Shown: positions 1-12,500 of the stretch, one piece after another | How positions within the stretch are numbered: position 1 is the first letter of the stretch | How the letters are laid out: every line of letters begins with the position of its first letter | NCBI GenBank assembly: GCA_905178155.1 | Contig: CAJINV010000005.1 | Coordinates: forward strand, 8,959,222 to 9,023,221 | Direction: 5' to 3' | From: Amoebophrya sp. A120 | Lineage: Eukaryota; Protista; Dinoflagellata | Length of the DNA stretch: 64,000 bases | Program-made: the position numbers and the translations under genes | The notes under the pieces: generated by a model | What the model was told of the DNA's origin: nothing | The model's database searches: none | What the model saw: the letters and a program-made list of their open reading frames with translations, nothing else

Positions 1-435
1 TTCGCGCCTCGGCCTTCCTTGCCCCGGCGCAGCGTTCGCGTTTTCTGCTTGGGTGGCCCCCCGGATCGGTTTGCGCCCGCGCGCCGGGCGCCTGCGTTTC
101 GGCAACTCGTGGCGCCCTCCCCCGCGCGGCGCGCCCGCGCCTGCTACCAGCGGGGCCCCCGGGCCGCGTTTTCTTTTGGGCCCGAGGCCCGTGCCGCTTG
201 CCAAAGATTCACGACGCCCGGTAGCGCGCGCGTTGCCGTTCCGCGCCTGCCCTGGCACTGCCGTTCCCGCGCTTCTGAGTGTGTTCCGCGCCTGCCCAGA
301 TGTTGCGCCGACGAGCCTCGCGCCCCGCTTTTGTTTGCTGGCCCCGAGCGAGGTATGTGCTTCTGTTTGTCACAAGTGATTGCGATTCATCCCGTTGTAG
401 ACGCTCGCCGGTCAGTTTCAGAATAGCCAACCGAT

Positions 436-2665
436 ATGCCTCGAACCAACGCAGTCCGCACCGTGCGGAAGGAGCCGGCCGCGGCAGTTCCGCCCCTTTT
501 GCCCGCGGCCGTGCGGAAGGAGCCGGCCAAAGGTGTAATCCCTTTGCCCGCGAAAGGGCAGCCAGCGAAGGCCCGGCAGGTTTCGTACCTGCAAAACCTG
601 CAACACCAGCAGGCTTCGGAAGGCATCTCGACAGTAGTTTTCTGCTTCTGTTGTGATGAAGTCGACGTGTTCAACTTCGACGGTTTCAACCTGTCCAGCT
701 GTGACACCATGTACCAGCTGACGCATGGCGATAAAAAATACGCGTGCGGACCCCTGGCGCCGCGACAGGCTTGCGTGATCAGGTGCAAGCATCTCCACAC
801 GCAAAAACACATCTGCGGGCATTACTGCTGGCTCGGTGGTGTGCCAATTGGGCCACATGGCGGGGCGCGGCGAGTTGGCGCAACCCCGGAGGAGGCCGCG
901 GCCTGCAACGACGCAGTGTCTGCCGATATCCGCATGGCCCTGCGTATCCGACCCGGCGCGCCGCTGTTGTTACCGAAGGAACGCGAACACTACTGGGCTG
1001 GCAGCTGGCAGAAGGGCTTTTGGGTGGAGGTAACAAGTGCAAAAGTGTCCGGGTCTGGAGGGTTCTGAGATTTGTCCCGAAGTTTTTGCATGGGCTGCGA
1101 TGCCTGTCATGCATGCCGTAGCATGATGGGGCGACTGAGGACCTCGATGCCTATTCCGCATGACAAATGCCCTCTACGCAGCCGCAGCCGTTGCACTCTT
1201 CCAGACCCAGACACTTTCGCACTTGATAGGACGAAACTTCTAACAACATCTTCAGAGCACCGGTTCCGCAGTGGCTCCAGGCGACGGCGCGAGAAAAGGA
1301 GCAGAAAAAAGAGGACAAGCACTACGCGGAGCACGAGAAGTGGTGCATGAAAAACCTCCCGCGGCTGGACTTCCACAACACCAAAAAACACGGGTACACA
1401 ACGTGGCCGACTAACGCCATCAACGGCCTACCAAATGCAAAAGCGTCGAGGTCTGGAATTCTGCCAGGTGTGTCATGCATGTTGTGCATGACTCGAGTAC
1501 TCACGTTGCCAGGTTTTTCCTGCATGTTTTGCATGGCTCAGCTGCGGCCGCGTGGTCGCAGCAAACTTTTTTTCTCACGACCACGAGGAAGATCTTTCTC
1601 GAAGAAGAAGAAGTTCAAAAAAAAGATCGCTTTCTTCTTAGACGAAGGCGATCTTTTTTTTTTTGAAGAAGAAGATCAAAAGAGATCGTCGTCTTCTAAG
1701 AGGAAGACGATCCTTTTTTTTGAAGAAGACGCAGAAGATCTTTCTTTTGAAGAGGAAGAGTCGTCTTCTTCAAAAAAAAAGATCTTCCTCAAGAAGTGAT
1801 CTTCTTCAAAAGGATGAAGAAGAAGATCTTCTTCATTCTTCGTGAAGAAGATCGTCCTCTTCTTGAAGAAAAAAAGATCCCTGTCTTCTAAGACGAAGAC
1901 GATCTTTTTTTTTTTGAAGAAGACGAGGAAGATCTTTTTTTTGAACTTCTTCTTCAAAAAAAAGATCTCCTTCAAGAAGTGATCTTCTTCAAAAAGATGA
2001 AGAGTTCTTCATTCTTCGCGAAGAAGATCTTCTTCCTCTTCAAGAAAAAAAAGATCGCTTTCTTCCAAGAGGAAGACGATCTTTTTTTTGAAGAAGACGG
2101 AGAAGATCTTTCTCGTGAAAAAAAGATGAAGAAGAAGATCTTCTTCGTCGTGAAGAAGATTTCTTTCCTCTTCCTCAAAGAGATCTTCTTTTTGAAGGAG
2201 AAGATCTGCGTCTTCGTGAAGAAGATCTTCTTCTTCGTGAAGAGTGTCTTCTTTTTGGAGAAGATCTTCTTCCGCTCGTGAAAGTGCATGGCGCGCTTGC
2301 TCTCCTGCGCAGGAGAGCAAGCGCGCCATGCGCTTCGTGGTCTGCACGCAAAGCCGCAGCTTTGCGGCTTTTTGCTTCTTGTTGCTGATTTTCGTAGCGC
2401 CCACGGCTAGCGACATGATTTCCAATCTTCCAGACCGCGACGCTTTTGCATTTCATACAGCCGGGAAGTGTTCGACTTCCACAAACCGGACTGGCGCGAA
2501 AAACCGTCGAACTTGCGGCGCGATGAGTACTCAGCCGTGCCGAGGCACTGGCCACGGCCGGAGAACTCCCCGCACTGGCGGCCAGAATACGAACACTGGC
2601 ACGCTGAGGAGTTGGCCAGGGAGCAGAAGCGGGCAAAAAAGTTCCTGGAGGAGGAACACTGCTAA
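436..2665 (+). CDS. Hypothetical Cys/His/Trp-rich protein, 3 exons, ~330 aa
   Basis: Removing introners 1031-1228 and 1029-bp 1429-2457, each plus one 5-bp TSD copy, joins ORF 436.., the middle exon (DETSNNIFRAP...NAING) and ORF 2468..2665 in frame (993 nt). Confidence 0.65.
1031..1228. mobile_element. Introner, family A
   Basis: TIR TAACAAGTGCAAAAGTGTCCGGGTCTGGA / TCCAGACCCAGACACTTTCGCACTTGATA; TSD GGAGG/GGACG. A GT-AG reading 1030-1229 keeps the same frame. Confidence 0.85.
1429..2457. mobile_element. Introner, family A, expanded by an internal low-complexity tract
   Basis: TIR TACCAAATGCAAAAGCGTCGAGGTCTGGAA / TTCCAGACCGCGACGCTTTTGCATTTCATA; TSD CGGCC/CAGCC. Confidence 0.8.
1565..2283. 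repeat. Strand-symmetric GAAGA/TCTTC (AGATCT-rich) low-complexity tract
   Basis: Alternating GAAGAAGA, GATCTT, A-tracts and T-tracts; internal ~180-bp duplication (near 1790 and 1970). Confidence 0.9.
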
Positions 2666-4113
2666 GGAGTGTTTTGGGGAAGTTTTTTTTTGTAACAAGA
2701 TTGGCTTTGCTACAGGACTAGCAACAAGATTGCGCCAAAGTTGCGCTTTTTTGTAACGGGGTCGGCTTTTCTGAAAGACTTGCGACAAGACCTGCAACGA
2801 GATTGGATTTTTTTGTAAAAGACTGCCGCTGGATGTGTTTGTATGGAGTTGGTTGCGCGCCAAAGAAAGCAAGAAAACCTGCCCGGCCGGTGGCTTAGAC
2901 GGTGCCGCCGCGATCTGTTTCGCCGGCGGGCGACGGGCCTCGGTCCTGGTGTTCTTTTGTTTCGGCTGTGTTTCGTCAGAGAGTGTAAATCTCGGTCGGT
3001 CGGGTACACGTAGAATTTCGGTCGGGAGCTCTGGCATTAATTTCCGTCGTATGTAGATAGGCTCTATCGTTTTCAGCGGGTAGCTCTTCTCCTAAGAATT
3101 TCCACACCGCTGCAAGCCTATTCGGAGAGGGAAAACAAAGGAGAGCAGCGCGACAGTATTAACGGCAATCCCGCGTGGAGTGGCAGCGTAGATGTGGTCT
3201 GTAACTCGAGGGAAGGGTGGGAAGCGAGGGAGGGCAGTTGGAGGGTGATCGTTCACGCGCATAGATAGACCGTCCGTGGTAGTCGTCTTGCGGGTTTTGT
3301 CGGACCAGTTGCGATCTACATTAAGATGTATCCGCTTATCGCCCTCGCTCATTTGGCTCTTTGCGGGTTGTGTGGTATTTTCGTCGTTCTCGGCCTTTTG
3401 CGGTGCGGCCTGCGATTGTGCACGCGGCGGAGCGCCGGAAGCGCGCGGGCACTGCCAATGGGCCGGCCCGCTCCAGCGTCCCCTTTGCGGCAAAACCGAG
3501 CGCCGTTGCGCCTGCGGAGAGGGCCGCCACCGCCTCCAGCGCCGCCCCTTTTCGGTCGAGGAATTCTCGACGCCCCCGACGACCTTGGCTTCGAGTTTGA
3601 CGCCTTTCACGCTTTGGCGCGACCGCGAACGCCACCACGCTCGGCGACGCCGTCCCCCTCGTCGCGCGCGTCTTCCCCCCTTTCGCGCGGCTCCAGCACA
3701 GTCGACCCCAGCCCGGCTGTTTGACTTGGACGGGCGGGCCCGTCCTCATGTGTACTCGGACTGTTGTAGACAGACACCGGTCGACGCGCGGCGAGTGAAG
3801 TAGCCTCTGGAGTATTCATTGTTCAGGCATGTGAGAGGAGTTGCATTGGCCGAGCACCTAGCAGCCCCACGCGCGTAAGCAAGAGAGGAGGGCGAAGAGA
3901 GCGGCGCAGCTTTGGTCAGGCACCACTACGGGCGAACGTGCTAGCCTGGCCCTCGTATTTTCGTCGCGTGAAGGTTGGCGTTGGTGTTTTCTTCGCAGTT
4001 TCCCGCGTTCTTTATCGTAGTGTCGCGCTTCTTCTAGAAGTTTCCCGCCTTGTTTATCGTAGTAGAACAACCAGCGAGATTTGTACAAGTAAGAAAAGAC
4101 ACCGGAAGGACAG

Positions 4114-5643
4114 ATGTCACGGGCCCGGCGGGACATGCTTATCGCCCGCGAGGCGGCCCGGCGCCGCCGGAGGGAGGCGATGCTGCGGCGCATCGCCTAC
4201 AATTTTAGTGCGGGGGCTTGCGCAGAGGTCCTACTGGGATGCGTGTTGACCTGTCTCTCGTACCCGGCCGCGCTATTCTCGCCCAGTGCCTCGGCAGTGC
4301 TGCACGCGGCGGCCCTGATTCTTTTCGTCCTGGAAGGCCTGGCGCCGGTGGTGGTAAATCTTTCGCGGGCTCCAGCGCCCTCGCAGCTCCAGGGCTGCCC
4401 GAGCGGCTTCGTGATTCCGAACTGGGCGACGCAAAGCGGTTGTCTTTGGGAGGCGCTTCGCGACGCGCTTGACGCGACACCACGTTCACGAGTTGAGTCA
4501 GGGCAAGCACGGCGGGACCTACAGCGGAAGTGCTCGCCGTCCTCGTTGCGACACCGGGCCGGCGGAGTTCGCGGGGCTATGTCGACGACGCCGATGCTCT
4601 ACCGGGCAGCTGAGGTATGTTTGCGGGGGTTTCTTGCTTCGTGTGTTTTGGTGCTTAGGGTAGGAGTAGGCTCCTCGGTGGTTTCCTCCCCGGCCCTGCC
4701 CGGCGGCTTGTGTATTGTCTGGCGCATATTTATTCCCTCTGACGACACAAACAGGACCTCGGCCGTGTCATCTTGGTGCACGATGTGGCCCGCGGGGTGG
4801 TTTGGTCAGTCGAGCCAACGCCGGCGGCAGCAGGCCGGGCGGGTGTTGGTCGTGTTGTGCCGCCTCTCTTTCTTCGGTTGGACCGCCAGCACTACATGGC
4901 CTACGCTTCCGCGGGGGCTTTTGCAGTATCCGCGGGCAGGGCTCCTCGCTCTCCCGCGCTCGACGTCGAATTGTGTGGCGGCGCCGCTGCGGAGCTGTCC
5001 TGCGTGGCGGCTGCGGTCGCGGAGGTCAACCGGGTCGGCTTGCAGGGCGGAGACTGCGTCGCGTCGTCGCAGCCTGCTACGAAAGGGCTCCCGGATGGAG
5101 CCAACTTCCGGCCCCCTATTCCAGTTGCAGAGATACACAGCCCACTCAAGTGGCTTTGTGTTGCCATCGTACGGAACGGAAACTGTTTCTGGATCGGGTT
5201 GGTGTATCAACGGGAAGGATCCCCCCCGCCGTATATCAAGAAGGCATAGATAGCCGAGCCAATTTGTGATGGTGATTGGTGGCCACAAATCGCGTCCGTC
5301 TTGCAATAGTGCAAAGCCTGAGGGCGCGCCGCATTTCGCCGGTGGTTTGTGATGCATGTTGGTGGGTGGCATCTGGTTGCAGTTCGCAGGCGGATTTGCG
5401 TACGCAAGTCCCGCGCTACAGATTCCCCTTTTGATATAGGGCCGGGGACCTTTTCCTGGCGATATGCTCACGCACTTCCTGACCCGAGCGGGATCGGCGG
5501 CAGAACGCGAAAAGTGGCTCGCTGTCTTCTGGCCGGTCGACTACGCCGTCGCTTCGGAGGCAAAGGGCTACCGCGATTGGTTGCAGTTGGGCCCCCAGGC
5601 GGCCGATTGCGAGGCTCTCTATGGCTCCGCCGTCAAGGTATAG
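4114..5643 (+). CDS. Putative OTU-like cysteine protease, ~374 aa
   Basis: GT-AG intron 4615-4754 plus introner 5205-5464 give a 1125-nt ORF. Motifs SGCLWEAL ... YRAAEDLGRVILVHD ... LRLDRQHY resemble OTU Cys and His boxes; a second Cys box is RNGNCFWIGL. Confidence 0.5.
5205..5464. mobile_element. Introner, family C, diverged
   Basis: TATCAACGGGAAGGATCCCCCCCGCCGTATATC / GATATAGGGCCGGGGACCTTTTCCTGGCGATA; C-family internal AATTTGTGATGGTGATTGGTGGCCACAAATC; TSD TGGTG/TGCTC. Confidence 0.7.
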
Positions 5644-5664
5644 CTTGCTGCTGATCATGTGGCC

Positions 5665-5976
5665 AGATGATATATCTGAATGGCCGCGAAGTGATAGATG
5701 TCCGAAGCTTCTCAAGAGTGAGGATCTGGAATGCCCGCTGTTCCCGTTAAGGTGATAGATCTGAATGGCCGTCAAATGATGCGCGTGCGAAGCTTTTCAA
5801 CAGGATCCGAAATAGCCTCTGTTCCTGATGAGATGACTGATAGACCTGAGCGACATCAAGATGATAGAAGTCCGAAGTTTCTCAACAGGGTCCGCGATGC
5901 CATTTGTTCCCATTGAAATGATGCACCTGAATGGCCATAATGTGATACGTGTCCGAAGCTTCTCAACAGGGTCCGA
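5665..5976. repeat. Degenerate tandem repeat, ~4 copies of ~85-90 bp
   Basis: Recurring GATGATAGATCTGAATGGCC and GTCCGAAGCTTCTCAACAGGGTCC blocks. Confidence 0.7.
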
Positions 5977-6560
5977 AGAAGTCGCTGGCAGCTTTCCCTC
6001 TGTCTGCGGAGGGACTCAACTGATTGAGAATGCTTCCTGGGACCTCTAGCGCTTCAGCGTGGCGGGTGTGTTCAAAGTCAAACACCTAGAAACAGACCCG
6101 CGCGCGCGCTTCTGTCTTCCTGATGCGCCAACTATACCAGTCCACCCTTTGCGACGCTCGCATGCATCGCGTGGCGGTTTTCCTTTGTTTCTTCCTTCGG
6201 CCGCTTTTTTCTCAACACCGACCAAAAACATTCAAAAAAAGGTTGGGGCGGCCGTTTTGCAAGACCGCGTCGCAGCGAGAATGGGCGTCGCGTTGGAATA
6301 TGGCAAAGCAGGTATGGGGATGAAGACGCCCCCTCTCCAGTTTCAAACGCAACCAAGCCCGCGACGCGCGTAGCGTTTGGAGGTGGGGAGGGGGGTTCTT
6401 GCGTGTGATACCGCTCGGCGCCGCGGAGTGGGGAGCCACGGCGGCGCTTCTCGGGATACGGATCGGCGTCCTTGCGAAATTTCAGCCCGAGGAATTTCAC
6501 GGCCCTGCCTGCTTGTCGGAAACTGCGCCAACGGTCCATCTGTTGTATCACAGCGCGCAC

Positions 6561-9500
6561 ATGGATCTCGCTTTGGAGCGTATTGAGCTGGACTCGCAGG
6601 ACTCGCCGCAGCGGGACGGGCCGCCCGGGCCTTCTTCGCCTCCAAAGCAGCCGCCTCCTTCTTCACCTCCTGCGCCGCTGCTCCGGAGCCGAGACGCCCG
6701 GCGCCAATTGCCTGCAGACGGGGACACGACGCTAATCCTTCCCGACAGCGACGACGATGACCCAATGTTCCCCGGCCCGTCGCGCCGACGCTCCCGTGGA
6801 CGATTTGGGCCCGCCGGCGTTGCAGGCGGAGGCCCGGCCGCTGCCGCGGGCCTCGGGCAGCAATACGCGAGCGGACCGCTTATGTTTGGCGGGCTTGGGG
6901 CGAGCAGTGGATCGCGGCCGGGTGTGGTGCCGCGGCGCGCAGACCTTCCAGGCGAGGGGCACCGGAATAGTGGGCGGCCAGATCTGCCGCCATCGCAGCA
7001 CCAAACTGGCGCGGGCGTGTTCGGGTTGCCAGGCTCTTCCAGCACAACCGCGGCAGGCGGGACGCAGAATAATAACGGAGCGCCCGCAGCTCTCGGGCCG
7101 GCACAGCAGCACGTCGCAGTCGCCCACGCGCCGGGCTTTGCCTTTGTGGATGCCGGCGAGCGGCTATTATTTTCGCCGCCCCCGCGTGCCGCGGCGGACG
7201 CAGCCGCTCCTGCGGACGGGATGCAGTGGAATGACGTTGACGCCTTCGACCCTGAAGTTGATCCTGAGGGCCCACCCGGTGCGGCCGGAGGGGGCCCGGG
7301 CTTGTTGGACCCGTTCACTTTGCCGAAAGGGGCAACAAGGCTCGCCGATTTCTTGGACCCGAACCCTGCCCGGGTGCCGCTCGACCGGCAGCCCGGGTCC
7401 GAAGATTTGCAGCGCCGCCAAATCCTTGAGGAGATTGACCGACGCGCCGGACTGTTGCGCCGGGTTTGTGATCAGCTGGGATTTTTCAACACCATCGACC
7501 AAAGGTTCGCGCGGGCCGCCGCTGTCACGCAGCTCATGGACGAAAAGCTCCGCTGTATTCCATACACGAAATCCGAGCTAGCGAAGGTAGTCGCCTTCAG
7601 TGGCCTGGAGCTTACCTGGCGGGCGTTGGAGCATACCATTCTCTCCCGCCCCAGCAGCGGGCTCGATTGTTGGCAGCCCGAAGTCGAAGGGAACAGCAAG
7701 AAAAAAGTGTGTCAGCATTCCTGCTTCGAGGCTGTGGCAAAGAGCTGCCACACGGTCGCAGCTTACTGCCTTTACTTGCTCGGCGCGGGCGGCGGCGAGA
7801 GAAGTGTCGAGGAGGTGATCGCGCGGCTCATTCTGGAGGCCAATGGCGACTACCCGGCCGCGGTCATACTGGCGCACAAAAAAGTCGTGGAGAGATCCCA
7901 AGCAAAGCGGGAGCGCTACGGGGTGAGCCAGACGCGGGAGTTCACCGAAAAAGCGAGCAAAGGCTGGAATGACCTGGCTGAGGTTACAAAGTACTGGCAG
8001 GACGGGTTCGACAGGCTTGAGGTTGGAGATGTGACCCGGTACGCCGCAGTGCGGGAGAGCAGTGCCGAGGTCGCTTTTTTGGACGGCCGGCTGGTCCCCG
8101 GCGAGAGTGGGGGCTTCTGCTGGGTTCCGGCAAGTTCCGAGGGCATTGACAAGGACTACCGCAACTGCCATACTTACGGCGGTGTGGCGACCCGCCTAGC
8201 TCCAGGCGAGCCGCCGGACGCTGATGCTGCTGCGGCTTGGGCGAAGTTTCTGCGCGAGTGTTTCGGCCCGTCGGACGGAGGGGTCTTGGCAGTGTTCTTC
8301 TTATTGGTCGGGTTGTTGCTCCAAGGGCAGGGTCCCGGCAGATGGGTGATGTGCATGAACGACCACGGATTTGCGAAGAGCACTTGGAATGATTTCATCT
8401 GCTATGCCGTTTCCAATGGCAAGCAGGAAGACACCTTCCTTCAGCGGGAATGCCTTGAAGGCCCGGAGCAATTCGAGGCAGGGGCCTGGCATGTGGTTGA
8501 TTCCAAAGTAACAAGAACGCCCGAAGTCCGTGGCAAGCTAGACAACGGGCTGATGAAGAATCTCCCCGACAAGCATTACGCAGCCTCTACGCGGCGGAAG
8601 TATTGCAACTCCCTCATGGTCTTTTTTGGTTTGTTTCTCCACCTCCTCGAGTTCAATCCGAAGAACGGCGAGGCTTTGCAATTGAAAGACCTCCAGGACG
8701 ACATTGATGCAGTCCTGTCGCGGATCCTGGTCCTCCAGAAGATCCTGGGGCGGTTCGTCGATGCAGACCTGTGGGCTCGGCTTGGTGGTGACCCTACCCT
8801 TTTCCCGGACAATCTGCCGGATGGGTTCACCGCCAAGAAGGAGGGCACCACCTTCACCCTGCGCACCCCGGAGATCGTTCGCTGCTTCTACTTGTCGGTG
8901 GTTTCGCAACCCCTTCGTGGACCGCCTGCGCGCCGATGGCGAGACCTTGGCCGGCATCTTCGTCGACTTGCGGAAGCTTGACAGCAAGGTGCTGGCGTAC
9001 ACAGGGCACAGGACGACGACGGCGAGAGACAGTGAAGACTTCGTCTATGACGTCCTTTTTAAGAAGTCGATCCCCCGCCCCGACGCAGTCCCCGGCCGCC
9101 AAGCAGCCGCGGCACCACCGCCCACGCGGAAGATTAACTGGGGCGACAACCGTATTGGGGCGGCCTTGCGTGGCAACAAGAAGGCGAAAAGGGAGGAGCT
9201 CGAAAATTTCGCGCGGAACAACCCGAAGGAGTGGCACCTGCGCAGGAATTGGCATTCCGTTCGCGGGAAGTATGAAGAAGTTGGCGGGACGTTGTGGCCG
9301 TTGTTTTTCGAGCCCGACCGTATTCCGGAGCTGGCTTTTGGTCGCATGGGGCAGATGGTCGGCCACCCCTTCCAAGTGAACACGCAGTCGCTGAGTTTCC
9401 ACGCGCAGCTTCTCCGAAAACGAGCGCACCAAAGTGGCGACGCCAAAAAAGTAGCGCAGGCAGCTGTCTGCGAGGATTTTCTGGACCGCGCAAAAAATGA

Positions 9501-12500
9501 GGAGGACGGCTGGGTCGTGACGCCATTGAAGTTCCCGAAGTCCCTGGAGGGACTCGGCGCGAAGGAGTGCGGCTCCCGGAGGTATGAGGTCGCCGCCGGG
9601 CCGCAGCGACTCCCGAGGGGAGCGCGGGCGGCTGCGGTGGCAATGTACAAAGGCCCCGAGGGCGCTTTTCCACTTTACGAGGAGTGGGACATTGAGAATT
9701 GCGACCCGACGGTGACGGTTTTGCTGATCGACCGCTTATTTCCCGCGCCCGCCTCCCCGCCGCCCCTCGTGTGTTTTCGCGAGCTCGTGCGGGACCGGGT
9801 TGCGGTTCGCCGAAATTTAGAAGCAGCGGGGGAGCCGGATGCGAAGACGGCTCTTTTGCGGCTCCTATGCGGCGGGGAGCCGCGTGCTGGCGCGTCGACC
9901 TGGGAAAAGGATTTTGCAGCTGAGTGCCGACTGGTTCGCGAGATTCTTTGCCAGGCCCGGCCGGCTCTGTTCGCGCACCTGCAAGAGGCGCGCAAGGTGG
10001 AAGAAAGCAGGCGGGACGACGTTGGCGCGCCCGCTTTCCTGCCGAGGCAGCCGAACCGCTACCCAGACCCCGCGGCATCTTGCCAGCACCACGCGACGCA
10101 GGACATCGTTAACCGGATAATGTCCGCGCATGTCCGCGCGGTTGTGGACGTTTGCGGAAGGCAGGCAGTCGGGGCGGAGATATTTGACGCCTTTCTCGCC
10201 CGTATCGACTTGCCGGGCGGAGGTGTCGCGGACGCCATTTCCAACATTTCCCGGGAAACGGGGTACCCGGTTCGTCTGGTGCAGAAGGCGGTCCGGGGTC
10301 CGCGTTGGTGGTACCTCATTCCGCAAAGTGAGGCGCCCCGCTTGGACCCGCCGGGCGGGCGGCAGCCCTTCGAGGCCTGCGGACCGGCAATGCTGCGGGG
10401 CCTTGGCGAGGCGGTTCCGCAGCATTGTGGAAGTTTGTCCGCGGAGGACATTGCTGGAATCACGGGGAAGGCGCTCGCTCTTTGTCCGGCTGGCGAGGCC
10501 GCCGACCTCCTCGCCTTAGAGGGCAAGCCGGAGGCGCCATGGGTAAGAGCTTACGTGCTGCAGCGCGTTGACCCGGAGTCTATTGGTGTCCCGGCGCCGC
10601 CACCGATCGCGGAAGGGACGGACGAGTTCGGCGGCGAGGCGCGCTGGCATTGGTGGGCGCTCGAGAGCGGCGCCGGGTATTTCTCCCCGGGCGCGGTGAG
10701 GCTCGTTGATGTTGACGGAGTTCGTGTGCTTCCGCCAGCGAGCGTCGCGGAGGTGCTTGCGTTTTTGGATGCTTGCCCGGTGTGTTTCATCTATGTGGAG
10801 ACCGCTCCGGGAGAAGCCGGCGACGCGGTTGCCGCTCGGCTGCTCGGTATGGCGGACAACCTGGCGCACTTTCAGCTGAAAGGGGACGCGCGAAAGGACC
10901 CGGATGATTTTCCCCAGACGGCCGCGAAGCGGACGAAGACGTACAAATTTAAGCCCTTGCAGTGGAAACATGTAAAGACGCGCCGGTGGTTCCGGGTTGC
11001 AACGTGTTCCCGGGACCGAGAGTGCCACCGTTGCCGGATGTGTGGGGTTTCCCCGGTTCCACACAATTCCACCACCCACAAGCACCTCCTGTGCAGCTGG
11101 CGCTTTCATGGGGATACCCCGCCGGACATGGTCGAGGAGATTCCGAAGTACGAAGCAGAATTCGGAAAACCAGACGAATCATACTACATGTCCCTGCAGC
11201 AACTTGCGCCGAGCTTGCGCCAGAAGGTGCACAGATACACCCTATCGGGCGGAAACATGGTGGACGAAAAAACGCTCCAGGACCGAAAGCCCGGCACCAA
11301 GAACGACCCGTCCGCGCGAATTGACCAGATTCTCGGCATGGATGGCGCAGCCCTCCGCGAGAACTTCTTCCCCGGGGTATTCGAGTGCGCCACCTGCGGG
11401 GCGGGCTGCGAATTGGGCGAAACCCGCTGGGGTATGCCGGAGTGGGTCTGCAAGTGTGGCGCTGCCACCCCGTGCGATTTTTTTCGTGAAGCAGGCCTGG
11501 TGACTCGGTCAACCACCCCAATCGCCACCGCGGTCCAAGTTGTGCGCGGTTTCGTTTTGGGGCGAACGTCCTCGCAGACCGCCCTCGATTTGGCCATCCA
11601 CTCTAGTACGGTCGGGCTGATGTACGACAGCATCGTCGCCGCAGCCGCCTCGCTGTACCACATGCAGAGCGAACTGGTAACCTACCCCAAAGTCTCCTGT
11701 GTCGAGGCAGATGAGGCGTGCTTCGGCAGGACGACGGTCGACCACATCGAGGCCCAGTGGGCCCCGAAATAAAAAATCTATGGCGTTGCTGAAAAATTTT
11801 TTTTTCGAAAGAAAAAAAAACTCCGGCCCCGGCCACTACATGACGAAACGAAAACAAACAGGAGCCCCAAGGGGCGCACCACATGCCGGACTAATTGCAA
11901 GGCAACGCCGGACACTGGGAGGCAAAGAGAAACAACACAGCCGGGGCACCGCCCTCGACACCTGGCCGAACAACACCCGCCAAGCAAGAGACATCAGGCG
12001 CAGTCCAGTCCTATGGCCCGAGGCACTCCCGAGGAAAGCAAAGAAAGGGAGGCAGCGAGACCCAACATCATGAGGGCACACAAAAAAGACTTCCGCCTGT
12101 CCCATGCACAACACCACGACCGCCGGCTGACTTGGGATCAACTAATGGGCGAAAAAAAGTCAGCGAATGGGCAGAAAAAAGTCAGTTTTTGAGCAGTTTA
12201 TGGGAACAAAAAGTTCAAAAAAAGTCGCCGCTTTTGCATGTATAGGGAAAATCCCTCAGGTTTTTTGCCCACGCCCATTTTTCTGACTTTTTTCTGACTT
12301 TTTAATGATTTTTTTCTGACTTTTTTCTGACTTTTTTTCGCCTTTTTGCTGATTTTTTTGCCGCGCATGTCGCGCCACGAGTTGCCATGGGCCCGCGTTG
12401 GGCTCGGCAACCTGCGCTGCAAAACGACCAACCGGAGAGGCTTTCACCGACCAACCGGGAGGCCCTCTCTTGGTGAAGACAATCGCCAAGACACCTCCTC

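Noticed and set aside
1347-2425. K/F/E-rich ORFs in the GAAGA/TCTTC tract
   Set aside because: These are low-complexity translations inside an introner.
2666-2830. Similarity of this T-tract repeat region (reverse strand GTTACAAAAAAGCGC) to 34386 GTGACAAAAAAGCGC
   Set aside because: Only a ~15-nt low-complexity match, insufficient to link the two.
3089-3097. CTCCTAAGA as an inverted partner of TCTTAGGAG at ~14997 (possible element termini)
   Set aside because: The 9-nt match does not extend and is expected by chance.
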